A stretch of DNA of 57,192 nucleotides, counting the filler, from Sphacelaria rigidula (Eukaryota): the NCBI GenBank assembly GCA_964200075.2. It is 7 parts of 7 records of this genome, joined end to end, with 100 filler letters (N's around TTAATTAATTAA, not from the genome) between each part and the next. Parts side by side here need not be neighbours in the genome. Positions count along the whole stretch, not along the records: positions 1 to 8,085 come from CAXNAA020012359.1; positions 8,186 to 16,270 come from CAXNAA020012360.1; 5 more parts are not named here. One strand, 5' to 3'. The position numbers were made by a program, and so were the translations under genes. Positions 1-11,399 of this stretch are shown in pieces. Positions within the stretch are counted from its first letter, which is position 1. Each line of letters starts with the position of its first letter. The notes under the pieces were generated by a model. That model worked only from the letters and a program-made list of their open reading frames with translations, was not told the DNA's origin and did no database searches.

Positions 1-476
1 ATCACTCGATCCAGCCATGGGAATGCTTCCAAAGTTCTGGGAAAGGTTGATGTACAGGCTGCGTTCTAGGGAAGATTAGTGTGCAGGCTGACATGCCCTG
101 GCCCCGAGGAGGCAAACGCCTTCTCGGGCCGAATTCAGATAGGTTGCGTCGCATGTACCTATGCATCCTCGCTCACTCTTGAGCTGTCCTTCGAGCCGGA
201 CCATCTGCCCCTACTGTTTACCACTGGTGAGAACAGTGTGCTGGGCGATCAAGGGGATAATCAGTGAGAGTTAAAAAGATATCAAGCGTTTGAGCTCCTT
301 TTATTTGTTGCTACTGTGACCAACAGTCACGTGAACCTGCACGTGTGCATTTGCAGCTTGCTTTACTCGGACACCTGGTGCGTTTGTGCACCTACTCAAA
401 CCTGCAGCACACTGATCACAGCTAGGAAGGCGTGGACCCTGTGTCTACCTCCATCTATATCACATACCTGTATTAC
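1..476 (+). mobile_element. Partial, diverged copy of an LTR (mirrored at 7610-8085 minus)
   Basis: Colinear with 2208-2724. Shared blocks include GGTGAGAACAGTGTGCTGGGCGATCAAGGG and CCAACAGTCACGTGAA. It ends at TATTAC, like the LTR end at 2724. Confidence 0.75.
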
Positions 477-710
477 TGTAGAGTGCAGGATTCAATCGTA
501 CAGTCTAACTATATACAGTGTTTCTTTGTTGTAAACTCACCGTAATAAATCATATTATTAAAATACCCGGCCACGACAAAACTTCAGACAAACTGGACAA
601 CTGGCGCTCTCGTAGCCATTTCCGGTTTACCTCCAGTTACAGTGAAAATAGACAGTATTAACTGGTCCAGTTCCCAGCCCAATTGATGCATGTGTTCGGT
701 GTACTTGACC

Positions 711-859
711 TAGATCGTAGAACTGAACGTGGTTTAGTTTTAACAATTAAAACATCTCAAAAGTTTGAAATATTAACTGATTTAAAAGAAAAAGCTATTG
801 GTCGAATACTTGCTTCTCCAATTTATGTACCTGGTAAAAATATAATTATTGCAAAAAAA
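711..859 (+). pseudogene. rpoC2: Nuclear plastid DNA fragment (NUPT) of RNA polymerase beta'' subunit; mirrored at 7227-7375 minus
   Basis: Abrupt AT-rich block with T/A-ending codons translating D(R)RTERGLVLTIKTSQKFEILTDLKEKAIGRILASPIYVPGKNIIIAKK. This fits the DC-T-RG...IGR-LA...IIA-K segment of plastid/cyanobacterial RpoC2 as I recall it. Confidence 0.75.
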
Positions 860-1915
860 CCCAACAAATTATTTCTCGCCGCTTAACCCCTTTTCTACCA
901 TGTATGGTGCCATTTTCATTCTGCCCTCTCCCATCTTCATCAATGCTTGATTTTATCTGTGGAGAACGTTTTATTTTCCCCTCCAAAAGATGCCTTAGTG
1001 CAATCGTCAGCCTCCACGCTTGTTCACGCCTCGTCGATCCTTTACTCTGCCCCTTGCCTACCTTCTTTCTACTGCGATGCGTTCCAAAACCAGATGGCTA
1101 CATTCAAAACATGACCGACTTCTTCACACCCGACATCATTCACGTCAGCTTTCGGCAGGATCTGTGACTGTTTGGCGGCTTCGTTTCTTCTCATCTTGGG
1201 CTCCATTATTTCGGCGTTGTGTCATCTTGTGTGCCTGAGCTTCATCTTTCTTTGCTCGTATAGAAACGTGGTGAAATCGATTTCCACCAACCATGCCAAC
1301 GTTTTGTTTCCCGGCGCGTTTGGGGGCCAAGAGGGTGGGGGGGGGTGGGGGGGGAGGAGGAGTGTCCTGGGTTCTATATGGAGTTAGTTATACATGACGA
1401 ATAATTTGATTTTAGGGCGGGAAGATCAAGTTTCTCGAACTTGGATTAGCTCAAGGAAGTTACACTGAACTAGTAATACTCGAAGGGTGATCAAGTCGCT
1501 TGATATTGATGTTGAGTCAGGTCAGTTGATGTTACAATTGATGCTTCGGTGATGAAGCCATTTCCTTACTTCCCTGAACCTGGGATCGTTTCCAATATTA
1601 CCAGGTCTATCAGGTAGGGGTTAGTTCTTTTTGTTCCCTGCGACATTACGATTCATGCGTTTGCTGTTACTACACGTCTGAACAGCAGTAGGTGGCAAGG
1701 TGGTCATCTAGATCGCACACCGGCAATTGTTCAGCTTGCAGTCTGTTTCCTTGTAGTTCGATCGGCTTTTGCGGGCTCGTTTTTTTTGTATTCCGCTTTT
1801 CTGTAAAGGCTTCTTCTGTCAACCCTTGGTTTTATTGTTACGGGTGGTATGCTCCTTGCACCCCGTGGCCACGGGGTGGAGGGATCGAACTAGAGTGTTC
1901 GAGGAATCGAGCTAA

Positions 1916-2724
1916 TGTGACGTGAGCATTCAAGATAAAATATGACTGTACTCGTACTCCGCCGGTGGGAGTTGAGATGCAGTGTGCCCGTGCCATGTAT
2001 TTTACGCACGAATTACACCCGTGCCATGCCTTCCCCGACTTTCCGTAGAACAACAAAACAATCCTCAGAGGACGAGCACGGCGCTCAACCCAGTCGCTGT
2101 GCTATCAACAATGAGGGAGACTGTACTCTCATACGTTTGTCATAAGGAAGGAAGATAGAGAGACGTTATTGGTTTCCACAGAGAATGCTGGGCAGGTTGG
2201 CTCACAGATCATTCGATCTGGCCACGAGAATGCTCCCATAGCTCTAGGGAAGATCGATGTACAACTACGTTCTGGGAAGATTGCTACGTTCTGGGAAGAT
2301 TGGTGTACACATTGGTGTACCCTAGCTGGGGAAGAGTAGTGTACAGATTGGTGTGCCCTAGCCCCGGGGAGGCGAAACGCCTTTCCGGGCCGAGTTCAAA
2401 AATAGGTTGCGCTACCGTGCCTCATGCGCACTGGCCCACTCTTGAGCTACCCTTCGAGACAGACCATCTGCTCCTACTGTTTACCTTTGGTGAGAACAGT
2501 GTGCTGGGCGATCAAGGGAATAATCAGCGAGAGTAAAAAAATGTCAAGCCTTTGAGTTCCCTTTCTTCGTTTGCTACTGTGGCCAACAGTCACGTGAATC
2601 TGCACGTGTGTATTTGCAGCTTGTTTTACTCGGACACATTGCACCATGTGCATCTTACAAGCTTGCAGTACATTGATCTATCAAGGAAGGTGTATGGAGC
2701 TTGTCCATACCTATCCTTATTACA
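1916..2724 (+). mobile_element. LTR of a probable Ty3/Gypsy-type element (outer boundary approximate; could start ~1836)
   Basis: TGT...TATTACA termini, followed by C-TGGCGTTCGA, a truncated PBS-like sequence. Confidence 0.6.
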
Positions 2725-4789
2725 CTGGCGTTCGACTAATCGGCCGTGTCTTGCTTGGTTTTTCAGTAGCTCACGCGTGTTCTCATAGCCTTGATGCCTT
2801 GTCTAGCTGTCTCTTTCTGTAGCCCACGTTTGCTGCCCCTCACTTGTGGTCCACCTGTATTGTTTCCCCTAGTTTGTAGCAGTTTCAAGAGTCCTTGGTT
2901 TTCGTTTGGCTTTTAGAATGCTTTTTTTTGCTGTACTACAGTGCTGTCTTCCTGCATTCCTTCAGTTGCATCTCCGCCGCGCAACTCCGTCGCAGCAGCA
3001 ACAATGGCAACCTGCCATTTGTCCTTCTCCTGCTTTGGTCGATCCTTTGCTGGGCCACACTCTTGATTTGCAGCGCCATTGTTTTGTTGCCATCGTCCTT
3101 TTCTGCCCCACATCGCTCGTCGGACATCCCGCCCCGCGCTGTGCAGATCGCTTGTTGCAAACCCTTGTACAGATCCAACCACACCGCTTTTATCTTACGG
3201 AGACAGTGCCTATACCTGTTCTCCTTGCAGGACGTTGCATTTGTGTGCCGCTACTGTATCTATAGTGCGGCGTTCTCTCATCCTTGACACTGACTTCGTA
3301 CTTTTTCGGTGCGACAATTGCGTAGTCGCAACTGCCGCAGCAGTAGTGGTGATAGTAGCGACCGCCGCTCCAGCGTGCAGAGTACTGCAGTGCACACTAT
3401 TTGTTCTTCCGTGCGATAATCTGCACCAACACAATTGATACATTCGGTGCTGTACGTCTCTCATCGCACCTCTCATCAGGTTTCTACCACACCTCCGCCC
3501 CGCTACTACAAGTTTTGTTGGGTGAGCACTACGTGGTCAACGTTTCACCTTTGGGTCGTGCATTCCACGACGCTTTTTTCATTGTTTGTGCGTGTACCGG
3601 TGGATACACGTTTTATCTTTCTTGCAGGTGCTACATATACAGTTTATTTCCCCTTTTGGCCTTGCACTGCGTGTTCCACTTTTTCCTTATTGGTGCTCCA
3701 CTACCTGGATCGCTTTACGATTTCCTGATTTCTTGTTCGAAAGTTCGTATCCCCCTGTAGTCTTTTCAGCTTGGCGCCTGACCTGCACCAACAATTAGTG
3801 TTTTAGTCGGCTGCTACAGCTGTCTTTTCTTGGACCCCTGCACTTGAGTTCACTATTTCGCACCCTCGCTGCCGCACTATTGATTCTCTTTCTGTCTTGA
3901 ATTTAACAGATATTTTCACATCGCCTCTCTTTTAGCAACGTGTTCTACACTAGCATTGGTGCCTACTTCCGCGGTCCCGAGTGGTGTTTTTCTACACCTC
4001 CTGTGTGCGGTATTTTACTGACACCATTGAAATACCCTTGTCCAGCGTGTGCCTGGCCACGACGGATCCCTGTCATATTTGCCGTGCACAGCGCGCCCGT
4101 CGGACATCTGCCGGGGTGTCTGTCTTCTTTCACAGTCGTCTCATTGTTAGGTTTTACTCTTGCGCCAAACCTCTCGTGCGACAACTGTTGGGTTTATCTG
4201 TAAGTTTGTTCCTTTGCGACTATTTACACCTTTGGTATACCCTCAGTGCACCCTCCCTACTTCCCCATACACAGTTTCCTCTACAGGTGTCTTATTTCCG
4301 CCGCAGATCCTCCCTTTTCGGCGATTAATAATCTCCACCTTTTTGCTCTGCTGTCTGCCTTTTCGGTACTCGGAATTGCCGAGGTTACGCTGATTGTTAT
4401 TATCACAGCAGTCTACTCTAGTTTGGTGTAACTCCGTTTATAAAATTCTGTAGTCTTTACTGCTTACTTATTTTCGATACTTACAATCTCCTGCCGAGTC
4501 TACACTACCTGCTATTATTATACCAGAACTCTTCTACTCTGGTGTCTGGCGTCCATTTCTACCTCTTCAATTTAACACGGCGCAACCGCAGACAACAGTT
4601 CTCCCCTCGGCCCTGCCTACTTACAAATCTCTACGCCGTCAGCGTTTGCTTTCATCAATTCCTTTAAAACCCTTCACTCTTTCTTTCCCTGTACACGGAG
4701 AAGTGAAATCCGACAGAGCTTCGGCCCTCAACTCTGGCGACTACACGTCTCAAGACTTGGCTGCTACTGGTGACCACGATCGCCATTTG

Positions 4790-5230
4790 TCGAAGACTTT
4801 CAACACGATCGACGAGTCGTTCCGCGCTGGCTCTGTTGCGAAACGTACACCGTTCAAGACTCCCGACATTATCAACGAGTCGCTGCGCGCTCGCTCAGCC
4901 GCGGATCATTCCCTGCCCAAGACTCCCGACACTATCGACGAGTCGCTGCGCGCTCGCTCTGTCGAGGATCGTGCACTGTCCAAGACTTCCAACGTCATCG
5001 ACAAGTCGCTACGCGCTCGCTCTATTGTGAAACGCCCACCGTTTCGGAGTTCCTGCAAGACCGACGAGTCGCTACGCGCTCGCTCTGTTGTGCAATGTGC
5101 TCCGTCTCGGGGTTCCCACATGTCTGACGAGCCGCCACGCGTTGCCACTGTTGTGCAACACGAACCGCTTCTGGCTTCTACCGCGGTTACTGACTCACCC
5201 CGCGCTCGCAGTGACGAGGGTTCCGATGCC
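4790..5230 (+). repeat. Degenerate 63-bp tandem repeat, ~7 units, open as a 21-aa repeat in ORF 4646-5431
   Basis: Recurring GACGAGTCGCT(G/A)CGCGCTCGCTC every 63 bp. Units translate SKTFNTIDESFRAGSVAKRTP / FKTPDIINESLRARSAADHSL / PKTPDTIDESLRARSVEDRAL etc. Confidence 0.9.
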
Positions 5231-5343
5231 TTACAGCGCTCGCGCCGACACGACATGTATCGTGAGGACAGTTATGTTCACCAGCCCTCGCGCCGAACGT
5301 CCTCCTCGCGTCTTAGCCGCTCCGAAGTGCCTTCCACAGGGCA

Positions 5344-5360
5344 CCCTACCATCGATGCCA
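5344..5360 (-). promoter_or_regulatory. Putative primer-binding site (PBS)
   Basis: Minus strand reads ...TATTACA-C-TGGCATCGATGGTAGGG. This is complementary to a tRNA-like 3' end (CCCTACCATCGATG-CCA, discriminator G) and starts 1 nt after the LTR end. Confidence 0.6.
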
Positions 5361-8085
5361 GTGTAATAAGGATAGGTATGGACAAGCTCCATACACCTTC
5401 CTTGATAGATCAATGTACTGCAAGCTTGTAAGATGCACATGGTGCAATGTGTCCGAGTAAAACAAGCTGCAAATACACACGTGCAGATTCACGTGACTGT
5501 TGGTCACAGTAGCAAACAAACAAAGGGAACTCAAAGGCTTGGCATCTATTGACTCTCACTGATTATTCCCTTGATCGCCCAGCACACTGTTCTCACCAAA
5601 GGTAAACAGCAGGAGCAGATGGTCCGGCTCGAAGGGTAGCTCAAGAGTGGGCCAGTGCGCATGAGGCACGGTAGCGCAACCTATTTTTGAACTCGGCCCG
5701 GGAAGGCGTTTCGCCTCCCCGGGGCTAGGGCACACCAATCTGTACACTACTCTTCCCCAGCTAGGGTACACCAATGTGTACACCAATCTTCCCAGAACGT
5801 AGCAATCTTCCCAGAACGTAGTTGTACATCGATCTTCCCTAGAGCTATGGGAGCATTCTCGTGGCCAGATCGAATGATCTGTGAGCCAACCTGCCCAGCA
5901 TTCTCTGTGGAAACCAATAACGTCTCTCTATCTTCCTTCCTTATGACAAACGTATGAGAGTACAGTCTCCCTCATTGTTGATAGCACAGCGACTGGGTTG
6001 AGCGCCGTGCTCGTCCTCTGAGGATTGTTTTGTTGTTCTACGGAAAGTCGGGGAAGGCATGGCACGGGTGTAATTCGTGCGTAAAATACATGGCACGGGC
6101 ACACTGCATCTCAACTCCCACCGGCGGAGTACGAGTACAGTCATATTTTATCTTGAATGCTCACGTCACATTAGCTCGATTCCTCGAACACTCTAGTTCG
6201 ATCCCTCCACCCCGTGGCCACGGGGTGCAAGGAGCATACCACCCGTAACAATAAAACCAAGGGTTGACAGAAGAAGCCTTTACAGAAAAGCGGAATACAA
6301 AAAAAACGAGCCCGCAAAAGCCGATCGAACTACAAGGAAACAGACTGCAAGCTGAACAATTGCCGGTGTGCGATCTAGATGACCACCTTGCCACCTACTG
6401 CTGTTCAGACGTGTAGTAACAGCAAACGCATGAATCGTAATGTCGCAGGGAACAAAAAGAACTAACCCCTACCTGATAGACCTGGTAATATTGGAAACGA
6501 TCCCAGGTTCAGGGAAGTAAGGAAATGGCTTCATCACCGAAGCATCAATTGTAACATCAACTGACCTGACTCAACATCAATATCAAGCGACTTGATCACC
6601 CTTCGAGTATTACTAGTTCAGTGTAACTTCCTTGAGCTAATCCAAGTTCGAGAAACTTGATCTTCCCGCCCTAAAATCAAATTATTCGTCATGTATAACT
6701 AACTCCATATAGAACCCAGGACACTCCTCCTCCCCCCCCACCCCCCCCCACCCTCTTGGCCCCCAAACGCGCCGGGAAACAAAACGTTGGCATGGTTGGT
6801 GGAAATCGATTTCACCACGTTTCTATACGAGCAAAGAAAGATGAAGCTCAGGCACACAAGATGACACAACGCCGAAATAATGGAGCCCAAGATGAGAAGA
6901 AACGAAGCCGCCAAACAGTCACAGATCCTGCCGAAAGCTGACGTGAATGATGTCGGGTGTGAAGAAGTCGGTCATGTTTTGAATGTAGCCATCTGGTTTT
7001 GGAACGCATCGCAGTAGAAAGAAGGTAGGCAAGGGGCAGAGTAAAGGATCGACGAGGCGTGAACAAGCGTGGAGGCTGACGATTGCACTAAGGCATCTTT
7101 TGGAGGGGAAAATAAAACGTTCTCCACAGATAAAATCAAGCATTGATGAAGATGGGAGAGGGCAGAATGAAAATGGCACCATACATGGTAGAAAAGGGGT
7201 TAAGCGGCGAGAAATAATTTGTTGGGTTTTTTTGCAATAATTATATTTTTACCAGGTACATAAATTGGAGAAGCAAGTATTCGACCAATAGCTTTTTCTT
7301 TTAAATCAGTTAATATTTCAAACTTTTGAGATGTTTTAATTGTTAAAACTAAACCACGTTCAGTTCTACGATCTAGGTCAAGTACACCGAACACATGCAT
7401 CAATTGGGCTGGGAACTGGACCAGTTAATACTGTCTATTTTCACTGTAACTGGAGGTAAACCGGAAATGGCTACGAGAGCGCCAGTTGTCCAGTTTGTCT
7501 GAAGTTTTGTCGTGGCCGGGTATTTTAATAATATGATTTATTACGGTGAGTTTACAACAAAGAAACACTGTATATAGTTAGACTGTACGATTGAATCCTG
7601 CACTCTACAGTAATACAGGTATGTGATATAGATGGAGGTAGACACAGGGTCCACGCCTTCCTAGCTGTGATCAGTGTGCTGCAGGTTTGAGTAGGTGCAC
7701 AAACGCACCAGGTGTCCGAGTAAAGCAAGCTGCAAATGCACACGTGCAGGTTCACGTGACTGTTGGTCACAGTAGCAACAAATAAAAGGAGCTCAAACGC
7801 TTGATATCTTTTTAACTCTCACTGATTATCCCCTTGATCGCCCAGCACACTGTTCTCACCAGTGGTAAACAGTAGGGGCAGATGGTCCGGCTCGAAGGAC
7901 AGCTCAAGAGTGAGCGAGGATGCATAGGTACATGCGACGCAACCTATCTGAATTCGGCCCGAGAAGGCGTTTGCCTCCTCGGGGCCAGGGCATGTCAGCC
8001 TGCACACTAATCTTCCCTAGAACGCAGCCTGTACATCAACCTTTCCCAGAACTTTGGAAGCATTCCCATGGCTGGATCGAGTGAT
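5357..8085 (-). repeat. Right arm of the ~2.73-kb terminal inverted repeat
   Basis: Reverse complement of 1-2729. It appears identical except for roughly a dozen substitutions confined to the part pairing with ~2384-2582. Confidence 0.97.
5362..6170 (-). mobile_element. Second LTR copy on the minus strand; likely the 5' LTR of the element reading toward lower coordinates
   Basis: Reverse complement of 1916-2724, followed on the minus strand by a PBS-like sequence. Confidence 0.6.
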
Positions 8086-8185
8086 NNNNNNNNNNNNNNN
8101 NNNNNNNNNNNNNNNNNNNNNNNNNNNNNTTAATTAATTAANNNNNNNNNNNNNNNNNNNNNNNNNNNNNNNNNNNNNNNNNNNN
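8086..8185. other. Artificial contig linker (N run with TTAATTAATTAA)
   Basis: 100-bp N spacer with six-frame stop sequence. Confidence 0.99.
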
Positions 8186-8775
8186 ACAGTACAGTACGCG
8201 CAGTGTGATGGAGTGTACAGTACGAGCAGCGCAGTGCAGTGCAGTACACGCAAAAAACTTGAGTACACCGTCCTTCGCAATTGCTGCCTTAGCCTCAGCA
8301 CTCACTGTCTCCTCCCTACCAACGGCGGCCTACTGTGCAGCAACGGTTTCTTTTCGTCTTTCCATCTTCTTGATGTACACGAAGGGTTTGTTTCTTCTTG
8401 CCACCTTTGGTGCAGTGCCAGGAGGCGCTGCTGCACTAGGCATTGGGCTCAAATCAAGAGCATCACCGCTACCACATCTACTGTCATCGTTCCGATGCAC
8501 ACTCGGTCTACACGGCATCATATGCTACGACAACTTCGAGACACAATAAAACGACCCAGTTCATGCATCGGTCCTGGCGGGGGAAACGGTTAAGCACGTG
8601 CTCGTCGGCGTGCGAAGGCATCTGCGTGTGTATGATCCAGGCCAGCTTCTGGGTTTTTTTTCCTCCCAGGCGTTCTTGGTTTCGAAGAATAGCAGCAGTG
8701 TCCCGAACACTGTCGGCAAACGTATGGCAGCCAAAACAGCACACTAGGTGAAGGCTGCAGCTCTGAGATGCAATA

Positions 8776-9315
8776 CGAGCTGGGCCAGCTGAAAAGCTGC
8801 TAAACGTTGCTCACACCACAGCTTCCCCAGTTTCCTGAATGAAAAAAAAACAGGAAAAAAATGTACAGCATAATATATGATCTCAACGACGGACGATGAA
8901 AAAAAAGAGAATATGTCGGGATTCGAACTCATGACCTCCACATTCGGAGTCTGCCATCACTTGGAAAATAGGGGTGCAGCAGCGTCACGCAAAATGTTGC
9001 AATCACGGCCCAATTCGACGACTTTTCAGCTGAAATTTCAGGAAGACTTTCTGCACCCGAGGAAATGAAACAACGGGTTAGCAGCCGCAGATGATCTTTT
9101 GCTTTTCCTGCATCTACGGCATTATCTTGTTTTTGCGTAAATTTCAAGTGCCCGTAACCTCTTCTTTTTCTTCTTTTTTTTGTTTCTGCTGGTCACGTGA
9201 TCTTCTGCATTTCGATCATAAAAAGCTGCTGTCAAAATTTCAGCGTCCAGCTCCTAACATCACGCCGTGGGTCGTCTGAGCGAGATTCACAACTACTCTT
9301 GGCTGGCCTAGCTCG
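8776..9315. mobile_element. MITE with Tc1/mariner-type TA TSD and an internal tRNA-like segment
   Basis: TA|CGAGCTGGGCCAGC ... GCTGGCCTAGCTCG|TA. Internal minus-strand B-box-like GAGTTCGAATCCC at ~8918-8930. Confidence 0.85.
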
Positions 9316-10055
9316 TATCGGGATACGGTCGGTGCGTCGGCGGTTGTGTCGTATTAACAAGCTGTAGCAGTTGCGCGCCGGCGTGGAAAGGAATTATTTG
9401 CTTCCCGTAACTTTACGTTCTTCAAGCGTTTGTAGCGAATCGACAAGGTTTCTGATCGTATGTGAGATAAACTTCACAAGAGTTTGTATGTACAAAGCAC
9501 CTAGTGTTCAAAATCGAAAATGGTGCGAATGAGCTGCGGGGTACTGTGCTGTTCTGTGCCTTGGGTGCCGCTGGTGTCCATGAGCTGGAATGATAAGCTA
9601 CACACACGTCACCACATCCATCTGATATCTGTGGCGCGTGTTCTGGCCACCGAAAGTCGCTCAAACTGGCCCTTCTTCGCGAGGTATCGATCCCGAACCA
9701 CAAAAGCCTTTTAAAAATCATGGAAAACTCCAAACAAGAACCCGAACCACAAAAGAACCTGTTAAAAATCATGAAAATCTTCAAACAGGATTATTTTCGG
9801 CAGGAAGTTTCCCCCCGTGTTTCTCTTTGTCCCGTTCTCGTTGATTTGGGAACACGAACATATCGGTTATGGCGCGAAAGTCACGAGAATATGAGAGCAA
9901 GGCAGTTGAAAACATTTGACCATTGCCTTGGCCTTGGTCAGCAGCAAATGCAAGACCGGGTGATGGGCCGTTGGCGAGTTGAACAAGGCACAGCAGCACG
10001 GCAGCACAGGAATGTTTTGCCGCAAAACTTATCACCCTCTCTAAAATAAAGGTAC

Positions 10056-10219
10056 CGCCCGGAACCTCCATCACCAGTGACGTGCCCAGCCGCTTTACTT
10101 TTCCCTCATAAAATATGGAACGCACCCTATTTCCTCGGCACCAGTGACTTACTCTTCACCAGTCAATGCAACGGAAACTGCATGTATCTCCGGTGCCAGT
10201 GACGTTCTCAGCGGTTTGA
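10056..10219 (+). repeat. ~164-bp dispersed direct repeat (second copy 14507-14670)
   Basis: CGCCCGGAACCTCCATCAC...GACTTACTCTTCACCAGTCAATG...GACGTTCTCAGCGGTTTGA is shared by both copies. Confidence 0.92.
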
Positions 10220-10339
10220 TTTCGCTTTCCAGACCCCCCCCCCCCCCGCCCCCATTGACGTTTCCCGCCGTTTGACACAGTGAATTTGGCGCTGGTCAGT
10301 TTCACCAGTCAATCTGGGATCTGTCAGTGTGGCTTCTCG

Positions 10340-11390
10340 GCGTAGTCGGGTCGCCGTGGTCGGCGAACGTGCCCGACGCCGGGCACGTTGATAACGATTT
10401 TTTCTGCACGCCATTTCAGTCGCCCACCTGCTGTACCGCTGTGTATGGCTGTCTATGACCTATGATGAACAACCGCTGCAGTCAAATGGTTGAACCCTTT
10501 GACGGCGAGAGTGAGACATCTGTCGAATCGGCATCAATTTCACCTGAGAAAGTGTGCTTGGTTCCGATGACCAACCCTTGCAGTCAAACGGTTAACCCTC
10601 GAACGCGAGGGTGGGTCACCTCCCGAACCGGCATCGATTTCACTGGGGAGTGTATGCGTGATCCCGATGGACTATCCGCGTCGAGGTCCGAGGGTCAACC
10701 GTTTGACCGTAGTCGGATAGCCGTGGTCGGCGATGGTGCGCGACGCCAGGAATGTTGACAATGATTTCTTCCGCACACCATTTCAGTCGCCTACCTACTG
10801 GACCGCTGTGTAGGGCGGTATGTGACCCATGATGAACAACCGCTGTGGTCATGGTTAACTCTTTGGCGGCGAGAGTAGGTCCTCTCTTCATTTGGATTCA
10901 ATTTCACCTGAAAAGTATGCTTGATTCTGATTACCGACCCGATCACCTGCTGAATCGGCATCAATTTCACTGGGGAAGTATGCGTGATCTAGACGGACTA
11001 CCCGCATCGCGGTCTGAGGGTCAAACCTTTGACCGCCAAGGTAGGCCACCTGGGCCATTGACGATTCAATAGATCGGTAATATATGGCGACGGTTAAAGG
11101 GTCAGGTTGATTTCTGTCATTAACCCTTTGGGACCAGATTCCCAAAAGCATGCGGTTCGTACGCAGCCTTTTGGTAAATCAGCATCATTTTTACTTGAAA
11201 ACGAGTGAAAATGATGCCGATTCACAAAAAGGTCCCTGACTGCAAACTCTACAAGTTTCGGGGAATCCGATCCCAACAGGGATAATTATCCCCTTGACCG
11301 CGAGGGTACGTCACCTGCTGAATTGGCATCACTTTCACTTGAAAAAGTATGCGTTTTCCAGATGGACTGCCCGCATCGCGGTCTAAGGAA
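10340..11390 (+). repeat. Left array of the subterminal-type motif GAATCGGCATCAATTTCAC, including a duplication ~10340-10510 / ~10708-10875
   Basis: Motif or variants at ~10525, 10625, 10952, 11176 and 11321, plus an inverted copy at ~11205. Confidence 0.8.
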
Positions 11391-11399
11391 TAACACGAC

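Larger units (their letters stand above)
1..2729 (+). repeat. Left arm of a ~2.73-kb terminal inverted repeat spanning contig 1
   Basis: Base i is complementary to base 8086-i (ATCACTCGATCCAGCC... vs ...GGCTGGATCGAGTGAT). The ORF track shows mirror-image ORFs (79-267+ / 7819-8007-, 683-886+ / 7200-7403-). Pairing ends at C2729/G5357. Confidence 0.97.

Noticed and set aside
2730..4640. gag ORF in the core of contig 1
   Set aside because: The minus strand is purine-rich as expected, but all frames are broken and no motif is identifiable with confidence.
4790..5230. CRISPR-like periodic array
   Set aside because: Whole 63-bp units are homologous with no unique spacers, there are no cas genes, and the context is eukaryotic.
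8086..8185. Recurring TTAATTAATTAA motif every ~8.18 kb
   Set aside because: Artificial linker inside N runs. Neighbouring contigs are not genomically adjacent, so no cross-contig gene clusters can be inferred.
10340..11390. Repeated 19-bp motif as a CRISPR-like repeat
   Set aside because: Irregular spacing, both orientations and homologous intervening sequence fit transposon subterminal repeats better.
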